Positions 25,151 through 39,116 of a stretch of 64,000 bases of DNA are shown one piece after another. The stretch is from the human T2T-CHM13v2.0 reference genome, Homo sapiens, in assembly GCF_009914755.1 (NCBI RefSeq), contig NC_060926.1. The stretch is one strand, 5' to 3'. Within the stretch, counting starts at the first letter, position 1. Each line of letters opens with the position of its first letter. Below the pieces are notes generated by a model that ran no database searches, was not told the origin of the DNA, and saw only the letters and a program-made list of their open reading frames with translations. Both the position numbers and the translations under genes were made by a program.

Positions 25151-25789
25151 TCCCTCTGATCATCATCTGGTTTGAATGAAAAACAATAGTTTTTTCATAT
25201 CTCAGCCTCCAGTCAGGGGTGCTGACCAGATGGAATAATTAGTGGGCTGCTAACCAGAACACATGTTCTAAGGAAGAATGTATAAGGCTGATTCTCTCAT
25301 CCAGCTGTGACTCATACCTCTAAAAAGCACTCCGAGGCTGGCATACCTGACAGCACCCTACTTTGGTCATGTCCTCTCCCATCTCCATACGTGCTAGCAC
25401 CTTCAATGTCAAAAGACTGATTAGTGAGGCAGTTCTGGAATTCTAATCTTTCAGACCTCTTCAGTTTAATTAACTAGTGGAGGAGTCACTGAACAAGTAG
25501 GAAGCATACTATCTTGTGAATAACTATAGCCTGTGGTGAGATAAAAGAGTGAAAGTGTGGTTTCAAATTCCCTTAAGACTATAACACATTGTAATTTTTT
25601 TTTCTAGCCAGAGATGTGCACATCCAATTGCATAAATGAAAACTTACTGTTATGCCTCATAAACATTTTACAAGAAATGGAAACCCTACCATATTTGCAA
25701 TCTGACCTCCCTTGTGGCTAATCATGGTTTTTCCACTTTTATATTTTTGAGAATTCTAGAGCACAGAATCTCCCCAGTCTACTCAAGAA

Positions 25790-26600
25790 CAGTAGTCCTT
25801 AAACTGTGGTTTGGGTACACATGGCAATACAGGAACCGATGGTGATACAGGTAACCATGGTGACACAGAAAATCTTCTCATCAGAGTAATTGCAGGAAGA
25901 GTTTTAAAGGAATCCATTTCCAGATCCTTAACATCCATATATGCTCTTTGTCAAATTTATCTGCTTGAGAATGAACCAGCATTAATGAATTCTTTCTTTT
26001 AATTTACCAAAAATAAATAAATGATAAACTAACAAATAAATAAAGTTCTTCACCCACGCTAAATCTTACAGTGATGTTGTAAAATCCACCAGGGCTTCGA
26101 ACAAAGAAGAAATGGAAATGTTGGCTTAAGGAACATTTTAGTATTTAATTTCAGAAACATAAATATGCAGGATTTCCTGACTTGATATGTATTTTGGTGG
26201 GGGACAAAGCTTGCTGTAAGGTATTTTGGCCTATTTGTCGGTGCTGTAAACTCACATAGCTTAAGCAGCATAAGTTAGTGATTCTTTGAAATGTAGTTGG
26301 AATGCTTTAAAGAACCATCATACATTTCAAAGTACATTGTATAAAACACATGGGTAAAATTTTACATAATGCATTTCAAATATTGTGTGTTTAACTCAAT
26401 ACACAGGTGAAATCGTTTTTCAAATTACATTATAAAATGTTCATCCCAGTTATATACATTCATATTATTTCATCTTGTAATAGTTTCTGGGTATCATAAA
26501 TAAGTTATATTAATTTGGACTCATAATGAAAATATTTAGATGTCAAATTAAAATGTGTAGAGAATATGTAGTTTTATCAAAATTCTCTTAAGGGTTGTAT
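25790..26600. mobile_element. Probable hAT/Charlie-type DNA transposon remnant
   Basis: Start 'cagtagtccttaaactgtggt' resembles a Charlie TIR; interior only weakly recognisable. Confidence 0.35.
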
Positions 26601-26619
26601 AAACTAAATGAAATGCTAC

Positions 26620-26830
26620 TTATGCTCTATTTCTTATCACTGTATTCATCTGGCTTTATTGAATTACTTGTTATTAGTTTGACTTCACCTTTGGACCGTA
26701 GGTCACATTACTGCAAAGATAATATCTGTCTATTATGGCTGTATCCAAGATACCTACCACAAAGCCTCACATTACTAGACATTCAATGAGTGAATTGAAT
26801 ATAAGCATGAATGAATGAGTGAGTGCATGA
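26620..26830 (+). mobile_element. L2 3' end
   Basis: Ends in a (tgaa)n-like tail 'catgaatgaatgagtgagtg'. Confidence 0.6.
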
Positions 26831-27269
26831 GCAAAGCAGCAGGTATATAAAACACAGCAGCCTTTTCCCTTGTTTAAACTTTTATTGATTATTTTCTGAG
26901 CCACCTACTCTACTACTTTTTGAGGTTTAATGCCTTTATCATAATATTATGTCATCTATTTTGCAAAGTGCTATAATCATATTAGCTGAAGAGTGTATAT
27001 GTTAAATGCTATTTGACTATTTGACTTTTTAAAGAGCAGTTATATTGAGATATAATTTACATACCATAAAGTTAGCCCTTTTAATTTTCAGTGTAAAATT
27101 TAATGTAAAATTCAGTGGTTTATAGAATACTCTCAGAATTGTTCAGTGATCATTACTATCTAATTTTAGAACACTTTCATTACCTGAAAAAGAAACCTTA
27201 TAGCAGCAGTCACCTCCCTCTCAGTTTATGCAACCACTAATCTCTGTTTCATAGCTTTGCCTATTCTAG

Positions 27270-27574
<305 letters not shown>

Positions 27575-28137
27575 TAGACATTTTATATAAGTGGTACTAC
27601 ACAGTATCTGATCTTTTGTGACTGGCTCTTTCACTTAGAATAATACTTTCAATATTTTTTTTCATGTTGTACCGTGAATCAACAATTTGTTTTTTAAAAC
27701 TGATGAACAATATTATATTTTATGGATTTATCACGTTTTGTTGATCCATTAATCAGTTGATGGACATTTGGGTTGCTTCTACGTTTTGGCTACTATGGCT
27801 AATGTTGCTCTGAGCATTTATGTACAAGTTTTAGAGGGACATATGTTTCTATTTTTCTTAGGTGTATACCTAGGAGCAGAATTATTGGTTTACATGGTAA
27901 CTCTGTTTAACAATATGAGGAACCACCAACTCTATTCCAAATTGGCATCATTAATGAGTATATTTTTATGGACTTAATGACCATTTATAACACCTTTTTG
28001 GGGGAATTGTTAATTCAAATACTTTGCTCCCAAAATTGGACTGTCTTTTTATTGTTAAATTATAAGAGTTCTTTGTACATTTTGGATACAAGTCTGTCAT
28101 CAGATATATGATTTATAATTTTTTTTCCCATTCTGTA

Positions 28138-28719
<582 letters not shown>

Positions 28720-28839
28720 TTTTTCACTTTCTTGATGGTGTACTCAATAGCAAAATTTTAGACAATTTGGATGCAATACAGTTTACCTATGTTTTCAATT
28801 ATCCCTCATGTTTTTGGTGTCATATCTAAGAATATTATT

Positions 28840-28977
28840 TAATTTGTTTTTTATTTTTATAGAGACAGGGTCTTGTTATATCGCCCTGGTTGGTCTTGAA
28901 CTCCTTGACTCAAGCAGTCCTCCTCCCTTAGGCTCTCAAAATGCTGGGGTTACAGGTGTGAGCCACTGGGCCCAGCT
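28840..28977 (-). mobile_element. FLAM / Alu monomer
   Basis: Single Alu arm. Confidence 0.85.
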
Positions 28978-29211
28978 TGATTCTTAATAATTATTGTTGA
29001 AAATAAATATAAGCATTGCCATGCTGATTAACTTGCTTTCTGTGGCTGCCCTCACTTACAATGCAAATTTTACAGACTCCTCTAGACATTTAGCTGGAAC
29101 TGCCATGTGTTTTCCCTAAAACCAGCTCATAATAGAGCTGGGCTCACCATAAATCCATTTCCTACTATTCGGTTGAGATCTGCAGGCACTTTTACTTTGT
29201 AAAATGGTCTT

Positions 29212-29518
29212 GCTCACGCCTGTAATCCTAGCACTTTGGGAGGCCAAAGGCAGGTGGATTGCCTGAGCTGAGGAGTTTGAGACCAGGCTGGGCAACATGG
29301 CGAAACCCCATCTCTCTGAAAAACACAAAAATTAGTCAGGCATGGTGGTGTGTGCCGTTAATCCCAGCTACTCTGGAAGCTGAGGCATGAGAATCGCTTG
29401 AACCTGGGAGGCAGAGTTTGCAGTGAGCTGAGATTGCACACTGCACTCCAGCCTGGGCAACAGAGTGAGAATCTGTCTCAAAAAAAAAAAAGAAAGAGGA
29501 AAAAGAAGGAAAAAAAAG
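29212..29518 (+). mobile_element. Alu (J/S type), slightly 5'-truncated
   Basis: Starts 'gctcacgcctgtaatcc'; A-rich tail. Confidence 0.92.
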
Positions 29519-29830
29519 CCCTTAGGGGAACATAAGTACTGAGAGTCTTAGCAAGCAAAGAATACATGTTTTGAGATGAAATTGAGGGAAAATAGAGAGT
29601 ATAGTGTATTTCGGAAAAGGAAATAAGACTGGTTTGTTGGAGGACACACCAGCATGATCTCTTTCTTATTATCCTTGGGATAGATTTCCCAAATGATATT
29701 CTAGCCCCTCAGGGCAACAACACAAAACACAGCAAAAAAAAGACAAAAAAACAAAAAACAAAAACAAAAACAAAAAAACTCACAGCATTTACAGGAGTAA
29801 AACTAATTGTAATCATATGATTCAAAAGAG

Positions 29831-30290
29831 CAGTGCTTTTATACTTTCATATGTATACAGATTACCTGTTAAAAACATAGGTTGGCTGGGCACGGTGGCT
29901 CACGCCAGTAATCCCAGCACTTTGGGAGGCCGAGGGGGGCTAATCACGAGGTCAGGAGTTTGAGACCAGCCTGGCTAACACGGTGAAACCCCGTCTCTAC
30001 TAAAAATACAAAAAATTATCTGGGCATAGTGGCGGGTGCCTGTAGTGCCAGCTACTCGGCAGGCTGAGGCAGAAGAATCACTTCAACCTAGGAGGCAGAG
30101 GCTGCAGTGAGCCGAGATCATGCCACTGCACTCCAGCCTGGGCAACAGAGCAAGACTCTGTCTCAAAAAAAAAAAAAAAAAAATCAGTCAGGTAGTGATT
30201 AAGCAGGTATGGAATGGGGTCTTCAAAAGCCTACATTTTTAACAAGCTGCAGGTAATGATGATGCTGTTGGTCAGGAACCAAACTTTAAA
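29831..30290. mobile_element. MER5-family hAT element split by an Alu
   Basis: 'catttttaacaagctgcaggtaatgatgatgctgttggtc...aaccaaacttt'. Confidence 0.65.
29884..30183 (+). mobile_element. AluS (Sg/Sc-like)
   Basis: Full dimer with A-tail. Confidence 0.94.
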
Positions 30291-30859
30291 CTTTAAATAC
30301 CAAAGTTGTGGAAGGCAGAAGGGAGCAAAGAGTTCATTCCCTCCTTCAGAAGGGGAGAAACATTCACTTTGCAATCAGGCTGTGTTTATCGAGATGACTG
30401 ACATTTTTTGCATGTGTTCAGACTTAAAGGTCAGATCTGTTTCCTTCTCAGCAGCTGCGTGGGAATTGCTTATCTCGTACTTTCTGTATGGGGTTTGATT
30501 ACCTAAGTGAACCAAGAAGTTTCACAATATTTTGGAGAAAAACACTTCTAGTAGCATCCAACATGCAACATTTTAAACCAGCTATGAAATGGCAGGCTTA
30601 CAAAGTCAACTTGGAATCACATCTCTGGTCCAGGCAAAGGGAATGAAAACCCAGAGACTATCTCCCCGAGAGCCCTGTAGCTGTGTGTGAATGTGTACGT
30701 GCAGGGATATGGACTGTAGACCCTGTTACAAATACTAAATATCTGTTTGGAAGAAGGCTGTCCTCACATGTGCCGCTAAAATCATCCACAGGCTAGTCTT
30801 AGGCCAAACGGTAAAAGGAAAGAAGCCTATCCTTGGCAATTATTCAAGCAGACAGTCTG

Positions 30860-31100
30860 ACAAGCTTTCCTGAGTGTCTAGTACATATTAAGCACGGTAT
30901 TCATGTCCCAGGTACAGAGATTAACAAGTCTCTGATCCCCAATGCACATGGCTTGATGGGAAGTCTGGCATTGAAATAGACAATTGCAACATTGTAACGT
31001 GTGTGGTATAATAGAGATATACACAGACTGGAGAGAGGTCCAATTCAGCCTCTGGAGGCAGAAAGCTCAGGAATAACTTCTCAGATGTGATGCTTGAATT
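30860..31100 (-). mobile_element. L2 fragment
   Basis: 'tttcctgagtgtctagtacatattaagcacggtatt...ggtacagagattaacaag'. Confidence 0.5.
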
Positions 31101-31801
31101 TGTTGCCCATTTTTTTTATTTTTCCTCCCAAGTGCCTTTATACCATTTAAGGGACTCTTCTGCAAAGAAGACGGAATTTAAGGTAACTCCTTCACTTGGT
31201 GTTATTGATGGTGGCATATGATACTTGGTCCAGATAATGGGCCTGAATTTCCAAAGGTATTCACCACTGCGAGCTATTCTTAAAATCTAAGAATGAATTG
31301 ACAATAATAGAGTTTCACCTACTAGGAAGACAGATCATTTGGGGGCTAGAGTGCTTATGTTCCAGTCCTTAAAAGTCACATCGCTGGAATGACTCCTGAT
31401 GTTTGTCAGAAGCTGGATCAGATCACAAAAGCCCTTCCTTGGAGCAAGAGGCCTCCGCCAGGACTGAGCTCATTTACTTGACCTGACCCTGAATTTCCGT
31501 AGTGGAGACAAGCCTCAGGAAAATACTAACTGCCTGCTGTGTTCCCATACTACAAAAGAGTGATCTGTAGAAGTGACAGGTACTTTCCCCCTCTGGGAGA
31601 GAAGGGTCCATGTGTTCTCCTGCCTGGACCCTCTAGCAAGCTACTTAATATGGAATCACACCCCTGGAGGAGATAGGCAAACCCTTGAACAGCCAGGTCA
31701 AATCTAAAAGGCAACTGCCTCTAGCTGCAGAGGCAGGTGGCAGCTTAAAGTGGCACCAAGTCATAAAATGATTTCCCTTTTGAGCTTGGGGGAAGATACA
31801 A

Positions 31802-32100
31802 TTTTTTTTTTTTTTTTTTTGAGACAGAGTCTCGCTATGTCCCCCAGGCTGGAGAGCAGTGGTGCGATCTCGGCTCTCTGCAAGCTCTGCCTCCCAGGTT
31901 CACGCCATTCTTCTGCCTCAGCCTCCCGAGTAGCTGGGACTACTCGGGCCCCCACCACGCCCAGCTAATTTTTTGTATTTTTAGTAGAGATGGGGTTTCA
32001 CTGTGTTAGCCAGAATGGTCTCGAGCTCCTGACCTCATGATCCACCCACCTCAGCCTCCAAAAGTGCTGGGATTACAGGCGTGAGCCACCGCACCTGGCC
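31802..32100 (-). mobile_element. AluY
   Basis: TSD ggggaagataca (31789-31800 / 32102-32113). Confidence 0.95.
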
Positions 32101-32224
32101 AGGGGAAGATACATTTTTAAGCAGCATTCCAGGCTAATATGGGAGTACATGGATGCAACACTGTATCTCATGCTGGATTAGCAGCCCTGGAAACCAGAGC
32201 TGTCTCTTAATCAAGACTAGGTAT

Positions 32225-32643
32225 TGTGAACCCAGGTAATCTGAGGCAGGTCTCAGTTAATTTAGAAAGGTTTTTTTTTTTTGCCAAGGTTGAGGACATG
32301 TCCATGACATCTGCCCAAGGTTGTCAGGGCATAGCTTGGTCTTACACATTTTAGAGAGACATGAGACATCAATCAATATATGTAAGAAGTACATTAATTC
32401 ATCCAGAAAGGCAGAGACAACTCAAAGCAAGCCTCCCTCCCCACCCTGAGGGACTTCTATGTCACAGGTGGATGAGACACAAATGGTTGCATTCCTTTGT
32501 GTTTCTCATAAGTCTTTCCAAAGAGGGCAATCGGAATATGCATCCATCTCTGTGAGCAGCAGGATGACTTTGAATAGAATGGGAGGCAGATTTGCCCTGA
32601 GAAGTTCCCAGCTTGAAAGGGCCCAAGACATTTTCCTTTCACA
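32225..32643 (-). mobile_element. MER4A1-like solo LTR (ERV1)
   Basis: tg...ca ends, 'gggcccaagacattttcctttcaca', 4-bp TSD gtat. Confidence 0.88.
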
Positions 32644-33880
32644 GTATCTTAGTCCATTTTGTGTTGCAATAAAGGAGTATCTGAAGTTGGGTAATTTATA
32701 AAGAAAAGAGGTTTATTTGGCTAATGGTTCTGCAGGCTGTACAAGACGCATGACACTGGCATCCATATGCTCAGCTGCTGGTGAGGGCTTCAGGCTGCTT
32801 CAACTTGTGGCAGAAGGCAAAGGGGAGCCAGTATGTGCAGAGATCACAAGGCAAGTAGGGGGAGTAGGGGGAGGTTCTAGGCTCTTTTTATCAACCAACT
32901 CTTGTGGGAACTAATAAGAGTGAGATTTCACCAACCCTCCCCACCAGGGAAGGCATTAAGGTATTCACATAGGATCCACCTCCATGACCCAAACACCTCC
33001 CATGAGGCCCCACCTCCAATCTCCAACTTATGAGGTTTGGGGAGACAAACATCCAAACTACAGCATTTTGCCCCTGGCCTTCCAAATGTCCTTCTCACTT
33101 TGCAAGATAAAATCATCCCTCTCCAATAGGCCTCCAAAGTCTTAACTTGTTCCAGCATCAACTCAAAAGCTCACGTTCCAAAGTCTCACCTGAGACTCAA
33201 GACAAGTTCCTTAGAGCTGTGAGCTGTAAAATCAAAAATAAGTTATTTGCTTTCAAAATACAATTATTGTACAGGCATTAGGTAAAGATTCTCATTCCAA
33301 GAGGGAGAGATGAGCCAAAAGAAAGGGATAACAGGCCCCACACAAGTCTGAAAATCAGTAGGGCTGACATTAAATCTTGAATCTCCAGAATAATCTACAT
33401 TGACTACATGTCCCACATCCTGACACACTGGAAGAAGAGGTGGGCTCCCAAGGCTTAGGGCAGCCCTGACCCCATGGCTTTGCTGGGTGCAATCCCCCTG
33501 GCTGGCTGCTGTCATGGGTTGGAGTAGAATGCCTGTGGCTTTTCCAGCCTGAGGGTACACGGTGCCAGTAGCTCTACTATTCTGGGGTCTGGAAGGTGAT
33601 GGTTCTCTTCCTGCAGCTATACTAGATGTGGTCCTAGTACAGGCTCTCAGTGGTGGCTATGCTTCTGCAGCAGGCTTTTGCCTGGGCACCACACATTCCC
33701 ATACATCTTCTGAAATCTATGTGGAAGCCTCCAAGCTTTCACCACTCTTGCATTCTGGACATCTACAGACATAGCACGAGGTGTATGCTTCCAAGGCTTC
33801 CTGCTTACACACCCCAGAGTGGCAGCCTAAGCCATGCCTGGGGCTCTTTGAGCTACATCTGGAGCTGGAACAACAGGAGC

Positions 33881-34959
33881 TATCGGGGGAACCAGCCCCC
33901 AATATTTCAACGTAGGTTCTTTTCTATTTTCCCTAAGTGTCAGCTGGTCTGAGAAATAAAGAGAAAGAGTACAAAAGAGAGAAATTTTACAGCTGGGCCT
34001 CCAGGGGTAACATCACCTATTGGTAGGTTCTGTGATGCCCCCTGAGCCACAAAACCAGCAAGTTTTTATTAGGGATTTCAAAAGGGGAGGTAGGTACAAA
34101 CAGGGAGTAAGTCACAAAGATCCCATGCTTGAACGGACAATACAAGATCACAAGGGCAGAGAGGCAGAGCAAGATCACAAGGCCAGGGCGAAATTAGAAT
34201 TACTGATGAGGTTCCACGTCCTGCTGCGCACGCATTATCATTGATAAACATCTTAACAGGAAACGGGGTTCAAGAGCAGATGACCAGCCTGACTAGAATT
34301 CGCCAGGCTGGAATTTCCTAATCCTAGCAAGCCTGAGGGCATTGCAGCAGACCAGGGCTTATTTCATCCCTTGTCTTCAACCGCATAAGACAGACACTCC
34401 CAGAGTGTCCATTTAGAGGCCTCCCCCTGGGAATGCATTCTTTCCTAGGGTTATTCCTTACTGGGAAAAGAATTCAGAGATATTTCTCCTATTTGGTTTC
34501 TGCAAGAAGAGAAATGTGACTCTGTTCTGCCTGGCCCCATAGGCAGTCAGACCTTATGGTTATCTCCCTTGTTCCCTGAAAATCGCTGTTATCCTGTTCT
34601 TTTTTAGGATGCCCAGATTTCATATTGTTCACACATGTTTTACAAACAATTTGTGCAGTTAACGCAATCATCACAGGGTCCTGAGGCGACATACATCTTC
34701 AGCTTACGAAGATGATGGGATTAAGAGATTAAAGTAAAGACAGCCATAGGAAATTATAAGAGTATTGATTGAGGAAGTGATAAATGTCCATGAAATCTTC
34801 ACAATTTATGTTCAGAGACTGCAGTAACGACAGGCATAAGAAATTATAAAAATATTAATTTGGGGAACTAATAAATGTCCATGAAATCTTCACAATTTAT
34901 GTTCTTCTGCCACGGCTTCAGCCAGTCCCTCCGTTCAGGGTCCCTGACTTCCTGCAGCA
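33881..34959 (-). mobile_element. MER11 solo LTR (HERV-K11/HML-8)
   Basis: Ends 'tccctccgttcagggtccctgacttcctgcagca'; duplicated 'ataaatgtccatgaaatcttcacaatttatgttc'; 6-bp TSD aggagc/gggagc. Confidence 0.92.
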
Positions 34960-35567
34960 GGGAGCAGTATCCCAGGGAGGCACAGGAAATTGGAACCCCA
35001 AACATGTCCCCAGAATCTATTCTGTCCTCCTAAGCCTCTGGGCTTGTGATGTGGGGGCAGCCTCAAAGATTTCTGAAAAGCCTTTTTGACCTTTTTTTCT
35101 ATTGTTTGACTATTAGCACCTGACTCCCTTTAGTCACGTTCATCTCTTAGCAAGTGGTTTTACTGCAGTACCCTTGGATTTCTCTCCTTAAAATATTCTT
35201 CTCTACCGCATAGCCAGGCTGAAAATTTTCTAAATATTTACTCTCTGCTTCCTTTTTAATTATAAATTCCATCTTTAGGTCATTTCCTTGCTACCAAATC
35301 AGGTTGTAAGCAATTGAAAGCAGCCATGTCACTTCTTGAAGGCTTTGCACCTTAGAAATTTATTCTCTCAGATACCTTAGAACAGCATTCTTAAATTTGT
35401 CCTTTCATTAATCCCAAGGGCATAAATGCAATGCAGGAAAGTTCTTTGCTAAGGCTAATAAGGATGACCTTTGCTTTACTTTCCAGTAAGTTCCTCATTT
35501 CCATCTGAGGTGCCATCAGCATAACTTTTACTGTCTATATTTCTATCAGAATTTTCATCACAACCAT

Positions 35568-35987
35568 TGTCTTAGTTCATTTGTGTTTCTATAAAGGAAT
35601 ACCTGAGGCTGGGTAATAAATTTTTTAAAGTTTATTTAGCTTATAGTTTTGTAGGCTGTACAAGAAGCATGGCAGTGGAATCTGCTTCTGACGAGGGCCT
35701 CAGGCTGTCTTCAATCACAGTGGAAGATGAAATGGAGCTGTTGTTTGCGGAGATCACATGGTGAGAGAGGAAGAATAAAAGCATGGAGATGCCAGGCCCT
35801 TTTCCACAACTGGCCCTCATGGGAACTAATAGAGTGAGAACTTATTAACTACTGCAAGAATGGCAGCAAGCAGTTCATAAAGGATTTACCCCCATGTCTC
35901 AAACACTTGCCAAAATGCTCCACCTCCAACAATGGGGACCAAATGTCAACATGAGGTTTGGAGAGGTGAAATCTCCAAACTATACCA
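35568..35987 (-). mobile_element. MST solo LTR nested inside the MST internal region
   Basis: tgtcttag...tatacca with TSD accat (35563-67) / accac (35988-92). Confidence 0.87.
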
Positions 35988-36599
35988 ACCACTTAATGAA
36001 TCTCTAAGAAGTTTCCAACTTTCTCTTGCCTTATTGTGTTTTCTGAGTCCTCCAAAATCTTACAGCCTCTGCCCATCAACCCGTTCCAAAACCACTTCCA
36101 CATTTTTAGGTATCTTTATAGCAACATCTCATTCCTTGGTACCAATTTTCTGTCTTTGCTTGTTTGTGTTGTTATAAAGGAATACCTGAAGCTGGGAAAT
36201 TTATAAGGAAAGGGGTTTTGTATGGTACATTGTTCCACTGATTGTGCAAGAAGCACAGCACTAGCATCTGCATCTGGGGAGGGCCTCAGGCTGCTTCCAC
36301 TCATGGCAGAAAGTGAAGGGAAGCCAACATGGGCAGAGATCACACACTGAGAGAGAAAGTAAGATGCAGTGAGGCCATGCCTTGCTCTTTCTAACAACCA
36401 GTTCTCATGGGCACTAATAGAGGGAGAACTCATTACCATGAGGACTGCACTGAGCCAGGCCAAGTCATTCCTGGGGTGTCCGCCCCAATGACCGAAACAC
36501 CTCCCATTTGGCCCCACCTCCAACATCAGGATCAAATTTCAACATGAGATTTACGGAGACAAACATCCAAACTATAGCACTGGGTAACTGGGTGGCAAA

Positions 36600-36755
36600 G
36601 AGTGTGTATGATTGGAGTAGAATAATCAGGGGACTTAGGAGTATAGACCAACATTAGAAATCTGCTGCCATTTACTAACTGCCTGTCCTTTGACAGTAAG
36701 TTAACCAAGCTGCATGTCAGGATCTTCTGTGAAAAAAAGGAGTAATAGCTGCATC
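36600..36755 (+). mobile_element. MIR
   Basis: 'ggagtatagacc...ctgccatttactaactg...aagttaac...tctgtgaaaaaa'. Confidence 0.6.
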
Positions 36756-36758
36756 AGT

Positions 36759-36947
36759 TAAGGTTGCCCAGTAAAATGTTGGAGGTCCAGTTAAATTTAA
36801 AGTTCAAATAAAGAACAAATAACTTTTTCACATAAGTGTACTCCAATTGTTGCATGGGACATAATTATACAAAAATTTATTCATTGCTTTTGAAATCCAA
36901 ATTTAACAGGGACATTGCCTTTCTGTTCGCTAAATCTGACAACCTTA
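36759..36947. mobile_element. MER53 palindromic MITE
   Basis: TIRs taaggttgcc / gacaacctta; internal inverted arms 'gttaaattt' / 'aaatttaac'. Confidence 0.85.
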
Positions 36948-37024
36948 GAGTTCATCAGGATAGGCTAGTTTAAGCCAAAGTAATATTTAGTTTTAGAATC
37001 TTGCTGGCAAATTCTATTAAACAA

Positions 37025-37195
37025 TTTGTTGTTCATTAAGTGTCGTCCCCAGAAAAGCAGCATCTGTGTGTCCTAGAAACATCGGAAATGCAATTTTAGA
37101 CCTACTGAATTAGAAACTATGGCTATAGAGCCAGGCAATTTGTTTTATCAAGCCCTCCAGGTGACTCTGATAGACTAAAGTTTGAAAACTACTGC
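37025..37195 (+). mobile_element. MER5A
   Basis: 'agacctactgaattagaaact...caagccctccaggtgactctgat...aagtttgaaaactactg'. Confidence 0.8.
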
Positions 37196-37199
37196 ACAC

Positions 37200-37790
37200 A
37201 TTTGCAGAACATCTAAAAGCTAAACATTTTTCTGTCCTGTAGCCCAACAATTTCATGACTAAGTATATACCAAGAGAAATGAGTGCATTATTCACTAAAA
37301 TATATGAATGGAGTTTTCATAACAGCTTTATATACATCATGGCCCATGGCTGAAATAACCCAAATATACATCAACAGGAGAATAAATAAATTGTGGTACT
37401 TAGAACATGGCACAACCCTAAAAAGAACAAATTTTTTATATGTGAAACAATCTGGGTGAAAATTTACAGACAATATTTTGAGTAAAAGAAACACGACACA
37501 AAAGAATATGTATGTTCTATGTGATTTTATTTATATACAGTTCCCAGATCAGGTGAATCTAATCTATTTTAATAGAAATCAGAATAGTGTAACTGGGGTT
37601 GGGATGGGTGGCTGTATTAACTGGGAAGAGAAATGAAATCTTCCGAGGTGCTGGAAATGTTGTACATCTTCACCTGGTTATGGTTATACTGGTGTATTTA
37701 GATGTATACATTTATACATGTGTTCATTTAAGATTAATACACCTTATATATGTTATACCTCAAAAAGAGAAAAGAAAAAATAACTAATGA
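37200..37790 (+). mobile_element. Old L1M (ME-like) 3' end
   Basis: 'tataccaagagaaatgagtgcat', 'ggtgctggaaatgttgtacatctt', A-rich end. Confidence 0.7.
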
Positions 37791-38674
37791 AACAAATCTC
37801 AGTGCCTAAAAGAATAAAAAAGTATGCCTCACTCCTACTACTTACTACTTTAAGCTTCCATCACCTAACCCGGGGCAATCATTTGTGTGGCCTTATCTAT
37901 CTTTAAGTGGGAAAAGCAGTACATCCTTCATAGAGGGAGAAAGAGCAGAATAGTTATGAACTATCTTACTGACTCCAACACACCTACTTCTTGAAGTTCT
38001 ATGTAATAGACATAGTCTCATTTATTCATCCTCTTTTTTTAAAAAAAACTTACACTATGAACAAAGCACTATGTTAGCCATGTGAGATTCAGTGATAAAA
38101 TAAAATGGTGTTGCTCTTAGGGAGCTTATATTCAAAGAAGAAAGACATTAAAAGAGATTACATAAATAACTAGTTAGAATTATGACAGATCCAGTAGGAT
38201 TTTGACCACTTGCCTTCATCATTTTCTTAAGGCATTGGTGCTGCCTGGGTACCTCTTTTGCAACCAGGCAACATCAGCCAAGATATGCATGACACAATCT
38301 GAAACATCCTTTCTCACCCTCTTCAACACCTCAGCAGCTACATGAGCCATCACCAGTTCATAAACGGGGTAAAAAGTAGAACTGTCCTAGCCAGTAGTTT
38401 AGTGGAAGACACTGAGATTCTAAACTGCATTAGAAGCTGAATGCAAAATTCAAAATATTTCAGCAGGCAAAAGAAAGTCAAACAGGGCTTAACATTCACT
38501 ACTGGTCCTCTGAAAGCCCATGATACAACCAACTATTGCAGTTGATTGACTAAATTTGCAAGAGTAGAAGAAAGAGAAATGTGAAGGCAGAAAAGCAACA
38601 GCAACAATAAAAAGTATCAAAGGGTGAGAGCTATATGATAAAAATAACTAGAAGAATAGCCAAACATTTGGAAG

Positions 38675-38878
38675 AGAGGTTCTCTTACTTGGTCATCCAT
38701 CAGAATTGCCTTGGGGACTGTTTACAAAGGTTGTCGGGCCCTACCCACAGAATTTCTGATTCAGTAGATCCAGAGAGGGGCCTAAGAATTTTCACCGCAA
38801 TAATTCTCAGGTCATGCTGGTGTCGTTAGTCACCACACATTGAGACATTGCTGAACACACACTGAGAATTGCTGATCT
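38675..38878. mobile_element. MER5-family element
   Basis: 'catcagaattgcc...cccacagaatttctgattcagtagatc...cctaagaattt'. Confidence 0.7.
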
Positions 38879-39116
38879 AGAGGAAGGAAGGAAATGTAAC
38901 ACTGAACTGCTCTCACTTTCCTTCTATTTTGAACAAGCTGCTATTATTCTGAAACAGAAAACTTAGACGTTCTGCCTACTAATGCTATTATTTTTTCAAG
39001 TTCACCATTAAAATGTAGGGATGTGGTAACAGCTGTGAAACCTCTTGCACTACACTGGGTCTTCCTTGAGTCCACTACAAAGAAATAAATCAGTGACTCT
39101 TTTCTTCTTTATTCTT

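Larger units (their letters stand above)
32222..36579 (-). mobile_element. Two-LTR MST (MSTB-like) MaLR provirus; LTRs 32222/32648-33065 and 36151-36579
   Basis: Two MST LTRs ending 'catccaaacta(c/t)agca', internal end 'ttggtaccaattttc', 5-bp TSD ctagg (32217-21) / ctggg (36580-84). Confidence 0.9.

Noticed and set aside
34780-34904. 34-bp direct repeat as a CRISPR-like or novel array
   Set aside because: Only two copies, and it is an intrinsic duplication of MER11 LTRs.
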